Assembly: GCF_001644705.1 (NCBI RefSeq)
Contig: NZ_CP015137.1
Coordinates: forward strand, 540,001 to 572,000
From: Dickeya solani IPO 2222
Lineage (GTDB): Bacteria > Pseudomonadota > Gammaproteobacteria > Enterobacterales > Enterobacteriaceae
Reading direction: 5' to 3'
DNA: 32,000 nucleotides
Positions within the stretch are counted from its first letter, which is position 1. Each line of letters starts with the position of its first letter. Position numbers and translations under genes: made by a program. Below, piece after piece: positions 1 to 8,209 of this stretch. Under the pieces are notes generated by a model, which made no database searches, was not told the origin of the DNA, and saw nothing but the letters and a program-made list of their open reading frames with translations.

Positions 1-1067
1 TTATCCGGGATTAACCGCACCACGTTGTAGCCCCAGCGTTGCGGCGCCTGCTCGAACAGTACGCCAAAACGCCGTGCGCCGGCGGTGTTGCTGACCGGGT
101 CCAGGGTGGCGGTACGTAACAGACGGTATGACAAGCTACTATCGAGAGCCTGCGCCTCGTAACCGCCCAGAATACGGCGATAAACCGCACCCTGGTTGTA
201 GCCGTCCGGGTCGGTATAATCCCAGGCGACATTGCGCAGCGCCCAGTCGCCGAAGAAATCATTCAGCTCGGACTGGCTCCAGCCCATGTTGCTTTTCAAT
301 ACCGAGAACGGGTCCGCGGTTCCTTGCCCCGGCTCGCCCGCTTTCGGCGCGTTGGCCCACAGGTCGTTCACCGCCTTATAACCATAGCGGTTTTTCAGGT
401 TTTCCAGGAACATCCAGCCGCCATAGCGGGTGCGCGTGGTGCCCAGATACAGATGCGGGTTATTGACCACCTCTTCCACGCTGCCGGTCAGGCTGTGGTG
501 GAGGTTATCCATCTGATGGGTCATCCAGTCGGCATGCGCTTCCCAGAACCAGCCCATATAGTTGATGCTGTCCGGCGCGGTAGCCTGAAAACCGCCGGTT
601 TGGCCCTGCAAGGCATGCGCCAGCTCATGCGGCATCGCCCAATTGATTGACCAGTCGTTTTTCAGCTCTTCCGTGCCAATCCACATTCCCATGCTGCCGT
701 TAGGCGCCAGACCGCCGGTCAGCGCAAACGAAGGATCAAGGTGGACGTTCGCCTTGATTTTCACCTTAGCGTTGCAGTAAGGCTCAGGAAATTTGATCTG
801 GTTGACATATTTATCCCAGGCTAATTCCAGACGTTTTGCCGCCGTTTCAACATCGGCCGCATTCAGCTTGCTGTTATCACTGTCTTTCCAGCGGAAGGCA
901 AAATGCGCGCTCTGGTATTTCACCGCCGGCATGTCGGTTGCGGAGGCGTCTGCCTGCCAGTTGCCCGCCGCGCAGGTTTCATCGGCGAATGCCGGGGCGA
1001 AGGTAAACAGGCCGCCGATAATCAGCGCGCCTTTGACCATCAGGGCCACCGTCCTTATGTGTGTCAT
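1..1067 (-). CDS. Svx/AvrXca-family secreted HExxH metallopeptidase-like protein, paralog 1 (3' end lies beyond the left edge)
   Basis: Missing from the ORF track because no stop codon lies inside the window. Manual minus-strand translation from ATG at 1067 gives MTHIRTVALMVKGALIIGGLFTFAPAFA/DETCAAGNWQ... and stays open to position 1 (355 codons plus 2 nt). It has a signal peptide with an AFA cleavage site, the zinc motif PHELAHALQG and a downstream WFWEAHADWMTHQ. It is colinear with the 1211..3058 product (both contain NMGWSQSELNDFFGDW and QAPQRWGYN-x-VRLIPD). Confidence 0.8.
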   Translation of the reverse strand, partial: MTHIRTVALMVKGALIIGGLFTFAPAFADETCAAGNWQADASATDMPAVKYQSAHFAFRWKDSDNSKLNAADVETAAKRLELAWDKYVNQIKFPEPYCNAKVKIKANVHLDPSFALTGGLAPNGSMGMWIGTEELKNDWSINWAMPHELAHALQGQTGGFQATAPDSINYMGWFWEAHADWMTHQMDNLHHSLTGSVEEVVNNPHLYLGTTRTRYGGWMFLENLKNRYGYKAVNDLWANAPKAGEPGQGTADPFSVLKSNMGWSQSELNDFFGDWALRNVAWDYTDPDGYNQGAVYRRILGGYEAQALDSSLSYRLLRTATLDPVSNTAGARRFGVLFEQAPQRWGYNVVRLIPD

Positions 1068-1151
1068 AACTTCATCCTTTACTTTTCCTTTGCATATCAT
1101 GGCTGACGGCGCATGGTTCCGTTTCACGCCGCAGCGCATGATGTCCCTAAT

Positions 1152-1184
1152 GAAAAGGGAGCCGGATTGCCCCGTTCCCTTTTC
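1152..1184 (-). terminator. Hairpin between the two Svx-like paralogs, possible terminator of the upstream copy
   Basis: Perfect 9-bp inverted repeat gaaaaggga (1152-1160) / tcccttttc (1176-1184) with a 15-nt loop. On the minus strand the 3' arm is T-rich (TCCCTTTTCATT). It lies 27 nt downstream of the stop at 1211. Confidence 0.4.
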
Positions 1185-1210
1185 GTGCTGATGGCTTATT
1201 CAGCCGGTTA

Positions 1211-3058
1211 TCATCTGGCGTAGGCCGGACGTTCAGTCACTTCCGGTACGACGTCGGTCAGGTTGGCGCCGGCCCGGTTGTCCTTCACTTCATCTTCGTC
1301 AATGAAGCCGTAGAACACGCCTCTGGACGCGGAAACGCCGCGGATTTCAGCATCGCCGCGCAATTGCGCCGTGCCGGACACCACCACGCCACGCTCGAAG
1401 GCACCTGGACCTTTGAACACGGTACTAACCTGCGCGTTGTCCTTGATCACCGTGTCGCTCTGCACTATCGTCAGACCGCTGACCCGAGCGTTGCCGGATA
1501 CGGTGCCGCTCAGTACGGTAGCGTGATCTTCGATGCGGGCGTAATCCAGCACCTTGCCGCCGATGACGCGGGCGTACGGCCCAACATAGGCGGTCGACGC
1601 CACCTCCGCACCATTCGCCACCCAACCGCCGCCGTTGCTGTGACGGCGACCATTGGCGGTCGGCGTCGGGGCGTTCGGCTGTGAACCTTCCGCCCAGGCA
1701 TTGGTCAGATCCACCGTCCACGGGTAGCGGTACAACGAGTAATAGGCCTGATCCCAGGCGATCTGGTGCATTTGCGACGGTGAGCCCATCACCACCAGAT
1801 ACAGCCCTTTGTCATTCGATTTCACCGCGAAGTTGCTGATTTTGGCCGAAGCGCCGCGTTGCAGCGCGCTGTAGCGGGATTTACCGGCCGAGTCGATCGC
1901 CACCAATCCCCAGCGCCAGTCGGAATCCGGCTGCGTGAGGGAAACCGGATCGTTCTTCAGACCCGGCAGGCTGTTAACCGCCGGCGCACTTTGCACCACG
2001 CCCTGGAACGCCACCGTCACTTTGGTAGCGCCGCTATCCGGAATCAGACGGACAATATTGTAGCCCCAACGCTGCGGCGCCTGATCGAACGGCACGGCGA
2101 AGCGTCTCACACCAGAGGCGCTGACTGGCTCCAGCGCGGTGGTGCGCAGCAGGTTATCGGCGTTATCCTCCGATGGCGTCACTGCACCGTAGCCACCATA
2201 GGTACGACGATAGAAGCTGCCGCGATCGTAACCATCGGGATCGGTATAGTCCCAGTTGACGTTGTGCATCGCCCAGTCGCCGAAGAAATCGTTCAGTTCG
2301 GATTGGCTCCAGCCCATGTTGCTCTTCAGCACACTGAACGGGTCGGCCGTACTTTGCTCGGGATTACCAACCTTCGGCGCTTTAGCCCAGAGATCGTTCA
2401 TTGCGCTGTAGCCATAGCGGTTCTTCAGGTGCTCCATGAACTGCCAGTTACAATAACGATCACGGGTCGACCCCAGATACAGGTGCGGATAGTTCACCAG
2501 CATATCGGAGCAATGTGCGGAAGTGCCGCGGTATTCATCCAACTGATGCGCCATCCAGTTGGCGTGGGATTCCCAGATCCAGTCACTGAATTTTGGATTA
2601 CCGAAACTGCCCGTCTGCCCCTGCAACGCATGGGTGAATTCATGCGCCAGGCCCCAATGGTCAAGCAGCGCACCGGGGCCGATCCAAACCCCCATAGTGC
2701 CGCCCTCCGCAACACCACCGGTCAGACCGAAAGACGGGTCAATATGAATATTCGCTTTATACTTGACGGTCGCGTTGCAATACGGCTGTGGGAACTTGAT
2801 CTGGTTGATGAATTTATCCCAAATCAACTCCAGTTGCTTACCGGCTGCAACAACATCGGCCTGTTTAACCTGATTACTATTCCAACGAAACGCAAAATGA
2901 TCGGTCTGATACTGTGCTGCCGGCATATCGCTGGCGTTACTGACCCGCCAGTTCCCCGCCACACAGGTTTCATCCGCATAAGCGGCACTCGCCGCCAGTA
3001 AACTGCCTGCGACAAGCACGCAGCGCCCCAGAGAAATATGCTTTCTTATCTGCAACAT
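1211..3058 (-). CDS. Svx/AvrXca-family secreted HExxH metallopeptidase-like protein, paralog 2 (full length, C-terminal beta-helix-like repeats)
   Basis: The ORF track gives 1211..3136. I prefer the internal ATG at 3058 because it yields a canonical signal peptide, MLQIRKHISLGRCVLVAGSLLAASAAYA/DETCVAGNW, matching the mature N-terminus of paralog 1. It carries the zinc motif AHEFTHALQG plus WIWESHANWMAHQ (a possible third ligand, gluzincin-like). From memory this family includes Pectobacterium Svx and Dickeya AvrL/AvrM, reported type II secretion substrates related to Xanthomonas AvrXca. Confidence 0.85.
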   Translation of the reverse strand: MLQIRKHISLGRCVLVAGSLLAASAAYADETCVAGNWRVSNASDMPAAQYQTDHFAFRWNSNQVKQADVVAAGKQLELIWDKFINQIKFPQPYCNATVKYKANIHIDPSFGLTGGVAEGGTMGVWIGPGALLDHWGLAHEFTHALQGQTGSFGNPKFSDWIWESHANWMAHQLDEYRGTSAHCSDMLVNYPHLYLGSTRDRYCNWQFMEHLKNRYGYSAMNDLWAKAPKVGNPEQSTADPFSVLKSNMGWSQSELNDFFGDWAMHNVNWDYTDPDGYDRGSFYRRTYGGYGAVTPSEDNADNLLRTTALEPVSASGVRRFAVPFDQAPQRWGYNIVRLIPDSGATKVTVAFQGVVQSAPAVNSLPGLKNDPVSLTQPDSDWRWGLVAIDSAGKSRYSALQRGASAKISNFAVKSNDKGLYLVVMGSPSQMHQIAWDQAYYSLYRYPWTVDLTNAWAEGSQPNAPTPTANGRRHSNGGGWVANGAEVASTAYVGPYARVIGGKVLDYARIEDHATVLSGTVSGNARVSGLTIVQSDTVIKDNAQVSTVFKGPGAFERGVVVSGTAQLRGDAEIRGVSASRGVFYGFIDEDEVKDNRAGANLTDVVPEVTERPAYAR

Positions 3059-3407
3059 AAGTCCGTTTTCCGAGCATGATAATGATAGGTACGCCTTCTC
3101 ACGATCCAATGAAAAGGAAAACACGCCTCCTGACACCGGACGTCAAAGGCAGCCTGAGGTCTTCATGGCCTGTTTTTCATGGGTATTACTGTCTTTCCTA
3201 ATGGATAGACATATTAATGTTATTACACTTTTTAATACTGTGATACAGAGATCTGAATAATCACTGACAAAACTTCACATATCAGATCGCGATTTTTACC
3301 TTAAAAAACAGATGAAATTCTCCAATAACAAAAAACCAGCATGTTTGACTGATAATTTTTGATTTAAAGAATTATTAATATAAATTCATGATTTGATGGA
3401 TGGCGTT

Positions 3408-3426
3408 GTTTATGAGATGCATTATC
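3408..3426. promoter_or_regulatory. Candidate Fur box upstream of the fepB-like gene
   Basis: gtttatgagatgcattatc matches the 19-bp Fur consensus GATAATGATAATCATTATC at 14/19 positions (hand count), including an exact CATTATC. It lies about 107 bp upstream of ATG 3533 in an AT-rich divergent intergenic region. Confidence 0.5.
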
Positions 3427-3532
3427 GATAACCTTGCAGCACTCTTTTTCATGCTCGACAGGTAATCGTATGGTGGAATCAGACTGGCGCGCGGCAGGCG
3501 TGCTATCCGGAAATAAAAACAGCCGCTGTATT

Positions 3533-4519
3533 ATGTGGATATGGGGGGTCATGGCGATGCTGCTGCTCGCCGGTTGCGATAACGCCGCCTCGCCGGAACA
3601 CAACGCCTCGGCGTCAACGTCAACAGGCTGGCCCCGCACGGTACAAACGCTGAAAGGACCCGTAACGCTCGCCCACCCGCCTCAGCGCATCGTTTCTACC
3701 AGCGTGACCATCAGCGGCACGCTGCTGGCGATCAACGCGCCGCTGATCGGCTCCGGCGCTACCAGCCCCAATACCACGGTCGCCGACGATCAGGGCTTCT
3801 TCCGTCAGTGGAGCGCCGAGGCGAAAGCCCGCGGCGTCAAACCGCTCTACATCACCGAACCCAACGCGGAAGCCATCGCCGCCGCCGCGCCGGACATGAT
3901 CATCATTGCGGCGACCGGCGGCGACTCGGCCCTGAAACTGTATGAGCAGCTTTCCGCCATCGCACCGACGCTGGTGGTGGATTACGGCGATAAAAGCTGG
4001 CAGCAACTGGCCGGGTATCTGGGCGAAGCCATCGGCCACGAAACCGATGCCCGGCAGGTGATTGAGCGTTTCGAGCAGCGGGTGCAAACCGTGAAGCAGA
4101 CGATCCAACTGCCGCCTCAGCCGGTGTCGGCGCTGGTGTATTACGAAGACGGCCGCGGGGTCAACTTGTGGACGCACGCATCCGCGCAGGGACAATTGCT
4201 GTCGGAGCTGGGTTTCCAACTGGCGTCGCTGCCGGACAATCTGCCCACCGAAACCCGGATGGGCAAACGGCAGGACATTCTGCAGATCTCCGGCGAAAAC
4301 ATGGCGGGCAGTCTCAACGGTCAGTCGCTGCTGCTGTTCGCCAACGACGACGATACCGTTAGCCGGGTCATCGCCAACCCGTTCCTCAGCCACCTGGAGC
4401 CGGTCGTACAGCACCGCATCTGGGCGATGGGGCCGGACACCTTCCGGCTCGATTACTACAGCGCCAGCAACATGCTGAACAGGATCGAACAGAGCTTCCG
4501 CCAGCTGGCATCCCGCTGA
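3533..4519 (+). CDS. fepB: Ferric-catecholate siderophore ABC transporter substrate-binding protein, FepB homolog (CbuB in Dickeya nomenclature), probable lipoprotein
   Basis: ORF 3434..4519. It is colinear with E. coli FepB as recalled (PQRIVSTSVT..GTLLAI.AP.I.SGAT.PN..VADDQGF.RQWS ... TGGDSAL.LY.QLS.IAPTL ... TFRLDYYSA). I moved the start to ATG 3533 (alternatives 3551 and 3557) so the N-terminus reads MWIWGVMAMLLLAGC, with lipobox LAGC. Confidence 0.9.
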   Translation: MWIWGVMAMLLLAGCDNAASPEHNASASTSTGWPRTVQTLKGPVTLAHPPQRIVSTSVTISGTLLAINAPLIGSGATSPNTTVADDQGFFRQWSAEAKARGVKPLYITEPNAEAIAAAAPDMIIIAATGGDSALKLYEQLSAIAPTLVVDYGDKSWQQLAGYLGEAIGHETDARQVIERFEQRVQTVKQTIQLPPQPVSALVYYEDGRGVNLWTHASAQGQLLSELGFQLASLPDNLPTETRMGKRQDILQISGENMAGSLNGQSLLLFANDDDTVSRVIANPFLSHLEPVVQHRIWAMGPDTFRLDYYSASNMLNRIEQSFRQLASR

Positions 4520-4526
4520 CGGAGCA

Positions 4527-4558
4527 GGGTAATCGGCGATGCAATACGCCGCTTACCC
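4527..4558. terminator. Bidirectional terminator-like hairpin between convergent fepB-like and entS genes
   Basis: GGGTAA-t-CGGCG [atgcaata] CGCCG-c-TTACCC: 11 bp of pairing with one symmetric 1x1 mismatch. The right arm contains the entS stop codon. There is no clear U-run. Confidence 0.45.
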
Positions 4559-5833
4559 CTCGTGCACGGCGTCGCCGGTTTCCTCTTCATCCGGCGACGC
4601 CGCCGGTTCGCCAAAGCGACATTGACGCAGCGGTCGCACCAGCAGCGCGATCACACCGCCGAGCAACGCGGCGGCGGTGCCAAAGGCCAGAATACTGGTC
4701 GCGGGCACCAACAGTTTGCCCATCAGCCCCAGAATCAGCGCGCCCACCGAATCGCCGGTGACATCCTGCGCCGTCCCCAGGCTATTGACCCGCCCCAACA
4801 GATGATCCGGCGTGTGGCTCTGTATCAGAGTGAACTGCAGCAGTGAGGTGATAGCGTTGAAGTAGCCGTAGCAGACCAATGCCAGCAGCGCGGGCAGCAA
4901 ATGGCTGAACAGCCCCAGCGACGCCACCGCCAGAAAGGCGCCCGTCGCACAGCCCAGCAGAATCTTCCCCGGTCGTTGCGTCGCCGATACCCAGCCGCTG
5001 GTGAATGCTCCTATCATGGCGCCCAGCGGCACCGCGGAGTACATCAACCCCACCGCCGACGGCCCGGCGTGGTAAGCATCGCCCGCCAGCGCCGGGAACA
5101 GTACCCGCATCGCCCCGACCACGCTCACCAGCATCCCCAGCAGGACCACACAGCCCACCACCGGGTGGGCGCAAACGAAACGTACCCCGCCAGCCAACGC
5201 CTGCAACGGATGTTCCGGCTTGCCCGGCGCCGGTTTCATCGACGGTAGCCGCACCAGCGGGATCAGCGTCGCCAGCGTGCCGGCCGCCGCGACGGCGAAG
5301 TTCCAGCCCACGCCGCCCGCGACGATAATCACCCCGCCCAGCGCCGGCGACAGAATCGCCCCCAGCCGCACGGTCAACATGGTCAACGCGCCGGCGGCCG
5401 GCAGATTTTCCCGCCCGACCAGCAACGGAATCACCGCCATCAAAGCCGTCATGCCAAGCGCGCCGAAAAAACCGTCCCAGGCGGCCAGCACGTAGAGTGC
5501 CAGCAATGACGGCGTGCCGGAAAATGCGTTCAGGCTCAGCGCCACGAAACCTAGCCCGCAGGTGCCGCGGGCAAACAGGATCAGCTTGCGGCGATCAAAC
5601 CGGTCCGCCAGCACCCCGCCCAGCATCAGCCCGATAAACATGCCGATGCCGTCAAGCGCCACCGCCATCCCAACCTGTAACGTAGAGCCGGTCATCGCCT
5701 GAATCTGCACCGGCACCCCTACCGTCAGCATACCGAGCGCAAACACCGACAACATGCGAGCCACAAAAATGGCGCGAAAATGCGCATTCTGCTTCAGCAA
5801 ACTGAAGTCGAGAAAAAAAGAAGATTTAGCCAT
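4553..5833 (-). CDS. entS: MFS enterobactin-type siderophore exporter EntS
   Basis: 426-aa polytopic ORF. It is colinear with E. coli EntS from memory (LLKQNAHFRAIFVARMLS..., VPVQIQAMTGST.QVG, GGVLADR.DR.K.IL.ARGTCG.GF, GRENL..AGA.TMLTVRLG...SP..GG). It sits divergently from fepD-like, as in the E. coli entS-fepDGC arrangement. Confidence 0.93.
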   Translation of the reverse strand: MAKSSFFLDFSLLKQNAHFRAIFVARMLSVFALGMLTVGVPVQIQAMTGSTLQVGMAVALDGIGMFIGLMLGGVLADRFDRRKLILFARGTCGLGFVALSLNAFSGTPSLLALYVLAAWDGFFGALGMTALMAVIPLLVGRENLPAAGALTMLTVRLGAILSPALGGVIIVAGGVGWNFAVAAAGTLATLIPLVRLPSMKPAPGKPEHPLQALAGGVRFVCAHPVVGCVVLLGMLVSVVGAMRVLFPALAGDAYHAGPSAVGLMYSAVPLGAMIGAFTSGWVSATQRPGKILLGCATGAFLAVASLGLFSHLLPALLALVCYGYFNAITSLLQFTLIQSHTPDHLLGRVNSLGTAQDVTGDSVGALILGLMGKLLVPATSILAFGTAAALLGGVIALLVRPLRQCRFGEPAASPDEEETGDAVHEG

Positions 5834-6021
5834 GAGCGTTTGTTGAATTCCTGTTCTTAATCAAAATGCTTTCTATCAGAATCGGGGCCGACATTCGCGC
5901 CCGATATCCCCTGGCCGGCAGAGCAGTCGCAGGGGCGTTGGCAGTGCGGTAAATGGCGCCAATACGGCTTCAGGTCAATGTCTTTGCCGACGCCCGTATG
6001 CTATCCTAGCCACGTCACAAC

Positions 6022-6040
6022 ATTAATGATAATAATAATC
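6022..6040. promoter_or_regulatory. Strong candidate Fur box in the entS / fepDGC-like divergent promoter region
   Basis: attaatgataataataatc matches GATAATGATAATCATTATC at 15/19 positions (hand count). It ends 3 nt before the ORF-track start codon of the fepD-like gene. Confidence 0.7.
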
Positions 6041-6042
6041 AT

Positions 6043-7119
6043 ATGCATTTTTTAATAAAGCGATTCTTATCAGTGAGGTCACCCCTTTCCGCCCAAACCG
6101 CCACGCCAGCCGCTTTGTCGCACACGCAGTCATCGTTAGCGGGCCGGCGGATTGCCGGTATTATTCCCTGCCTGTTGCTGCTGGCATTAATCTGCCTCGC
6201 CAGCCTGATGCTGGGCGCTCGCGCCATCGCGCCCGAGGTGGTCTGGCACAGTCTGACAGGCAACCTGCAAGGCCCGGACAGCACCATCATTTTGCAAGCG
6301 CGGCTGCCGCGCACTCTGGCCGGCATTCTGGTGGGAATGGCGCTGGGCGCCGCCGGCGCAGTAATGCAGGCACTGACCCGCAACCCGCTGGCCGACCCCG
6401 GTATCCTCGGCGTCAACGCCGGTGCCAGCTTTGCTATCGTGCTCGGCATCAGTTTTTTTGGCATCACCGGTATGGCCTCGTGGCTGGGTTTCGCCTGGCT
6501 CGGCGTGCTGGCGGCCAGCCTGATGGTGTGGATCATCGGCACCCTGAGCGGCGGGCGGGTCAACCCGATACGCCTGACGCTGGCCGGCGTGGCGCTAAGC
6601 GCCGTGTTATCCGGTTTCACCTCGTCGCTGTCGCTGCTGAATCCGCTGGCGTTTGATCAGCTGCGCTTATGGGAAGCCGGCACGCTGGACATCCGTTCGC
6701 TGGGCAATGTCGCCTGGGTGACACCCACCGTTCTGCTGGGCTGTGCGCTGGCGTTTTTCGCCGCCCGCTCGCTGAATACGCTCAGCATGGGCGAAGATCT
6801 CGCCACCGCGCTCGGCACCCGCGTGGCGTTGATCCGGGTGATCGCGATGCTGTCGGTGATGCTGCTGTGCGGTTCCGCCACCGCGCTGGCCGGCCCCATC
6901 GGGTTCGTCGGCCTGATGATCCCCCATATCGCACGCGGCTGGGCCGGTCCTGATCAACGCTGGATTCTGATCTATTCGTTACTGTTCGCGCCGATACTGC
7001 TGCTGGGCGCCGACATTGCCGGCCGCCTGCTGGTGCCGGGCGAATTACGGGTATCCATCGTCACCGCCTTTATCGGCGCGCCGGTCCTGATCTGGCTGGT
7101 GCGTCAGCGCAAGTCTTAG
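6043..7119 (+). CDS. fepD: Ferric-siderophore ABC transporter permease, FepD homolog (CbuD); start codon uncertain
   Basis: 358-aa polytopic ORF with strong FepD-like blocks (ARLPRTLAG.L.G.ALG.AGA.MQ.LTRNPLADPG.LGVNAGASFAIVLG, RLTLAGVAL, GELRVS.V.AFIGAP.LI.LVR). ATG 6043 abuts the Fur box and lacks a Shine-Dalgarno sequence. In-frame GTG 6073 or a later TTG may be the true start. Confidence 0.88.
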   Translation: MHFLIKRFLSVRSPLSAQTATPAALSHTQSSLAGRRIAGIIPCLLLLALICLASLMLGARAIAPEVVWHSLTGNLQGPDSTIILQARLPRTLAGILVGMALGAAGAVMQALTRNPLADPGILGVNAGASFAIVLGISFFGITGMASWLGFAWLGVLAASLMVWIIGTLSGGRVNPIRLTLAGVALSAVLSGFTSSLSLLNPLAFDQLRLWEAGTLDIRSLGNVAWVTPTVLLGCALAFFAARSLNTLSMGEDLATALGTRVALIRVIAMLSVMLLCGSATALAGPIGFVGLMIPHIARGWAGPDQRWILIYSLLFAPILLLGADIAGRLLVPGELRVSIVTAFIGAPVLIWLVRQRKS

Positions 7120-7131
7120 GAAGGCCACGCC

Positions 7132-8181
7132 ATGTCTACCCGAATTCTGTCTACCCAAACCCTGTTTCTGCGCGCGCCGGCCGGTTTCATTAGCGGCCGA
7201 CTGCCGCTGCGCGCGTTGTGGATCAATCTGTCGCTGCTGCTGGGCGGCGTCCTGCTGCTGACGCTGGCGGTCAGCCTCGGCACCCTGTCGCTGTCGGCGC
7301 CCACCGTATGGCAGGCGCTGGCCGGTCACGGCGACGCCAGTACCGTCACCGTTGTGACCCAGTGGCGCGCCCCGCGGGCGGTGATGGCGCTGCTGCTCGG
7401 CGCCGGACTGGGCGTCAGCGGCGCCATTTTTCAATCGCTGACCCGCAACCCGCTGGGCAGCCCAGATGTCGTCGGTTTCAACACCGGCGCCCATACCGGG
7501 GCGCTGGTCACCATCATCCTGTTGCACGGCAGCTACTACCAGATTGCCGGCGGCGCGGTGCTGGGCGGGCTGGCGACGGCGCTGGCGGTCTATTTGCTGG
7601 CGTGGCGACGGGGAGTCAGCGGTTTTCGGCTGATCATCGTCGGCATCGCGGTCAGCGCGGTACTGTCGGCGTTCAACACCTGGCTGATGATCACCGGCGC
7701 GCTGGAAACGGTGATGACCGCCGCGCTGTGGGGCGCCGGCTCACTGAATGGCATGACCTGGAGTAAAGCCGCGCCCGCGCTGCTGATGATCCCGCTGACG
7801 CTGCTGGCGACGCTACTGCTGGCCCGGCGTCTGCAATTGCTGGAAATGGGCGACGACAGTGCCCGGGCGCTGGGCGTCAACGCCGAAGCCAGCCGATTGT
7901 GGCTGATGCTATGCGGCATCGTGCTGATTGCGGTGGTGACCGCCAGCGCCGGGCCAATTTCCTTTATCGCACTGGCGGCGCCGCAGATTGCGCGCCGCCT
8001 GACCCGCGCCAGCACGGTGCCGTTATGCGCCGCCGCGCTGGTGGGCGGTCTGCTGCTGCTGACGGCCGATATTGTCGCCCAGCATCTGTTTACCGGCCGG
8101 CAGTTGCCGGTGGGTTCGGTAACGGTCAGCATCGGCGGGTTGTATCTTATCTGGCTGCTGATCCGTGAATCACGTCGGTAA
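7132..8181 (+). CDS. fepG: Ferric-siderophore ABC transporter permease, FepG homolog (CbuG)
   Basis: 349-aa polytopic FecCD-family ORF (QSLTRNPLGSPDVVGFN.GA, LPVGSVTVSIGG.YLIWLL). AGGAAGG Shine-Dalgarno upstream of ATG 7132, 12 nt after the fepD-like stop. Confidence 0.9.
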   Translation: MSTRILSTQTLFLRAPAGFISGRLPLRALWINLSLLLGGVLLLTLAVSLGTLSLSAPTVWQALAGHGDASTVTVVTQWRAPRAVMALLLGAGLGVSGAIFQSLTRNPLGSPDVVGFNTGAHTGALVTIILLHGSYYQIAGGAVLGGLATALAVYLLAWRRGVSGFRLIIVGIAVSAVLSAFNTWLMITGALETVMTAALWGAGSLNGMTWSKAAPALLMIPLTLLATLLLARRLQLLEMGDDSARALGVNAEASRLWLMLCGIVLIAVVTASAGPISFIALAAPQIARRLTRASTVPLCAAALVGGLLLLTADIVAQHLFTGRQLPVGSVTVSIGGLYLIWLLIRESRR

Positions 8182-8209
8182 TCAGCACCGTTTAATTTGT
8201 CTGTAAAGA

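Noticed and set aside
3059-3136. 26-codon N-terminal extension of the Svx-like ORF (MSGGVFSFSLDREKAYLSLSCSENGL)
   Set aside because: The internal ATG at 3058 gives a canonical signal peptide aligned with the paralog. The extension has no counterpart in paralog 1 and would bury the signal sequence.
3200-3300. CRP- or KdgR-type operator upstream of the Svx-like gene (TGTGA half-site at ctgtgatacag; tcaca near cttcacat)
   Set aside because: Only half-sites are present. No properly spaced TGTGA-N6-TCACA or KdgR-type palindrome could be aligned.
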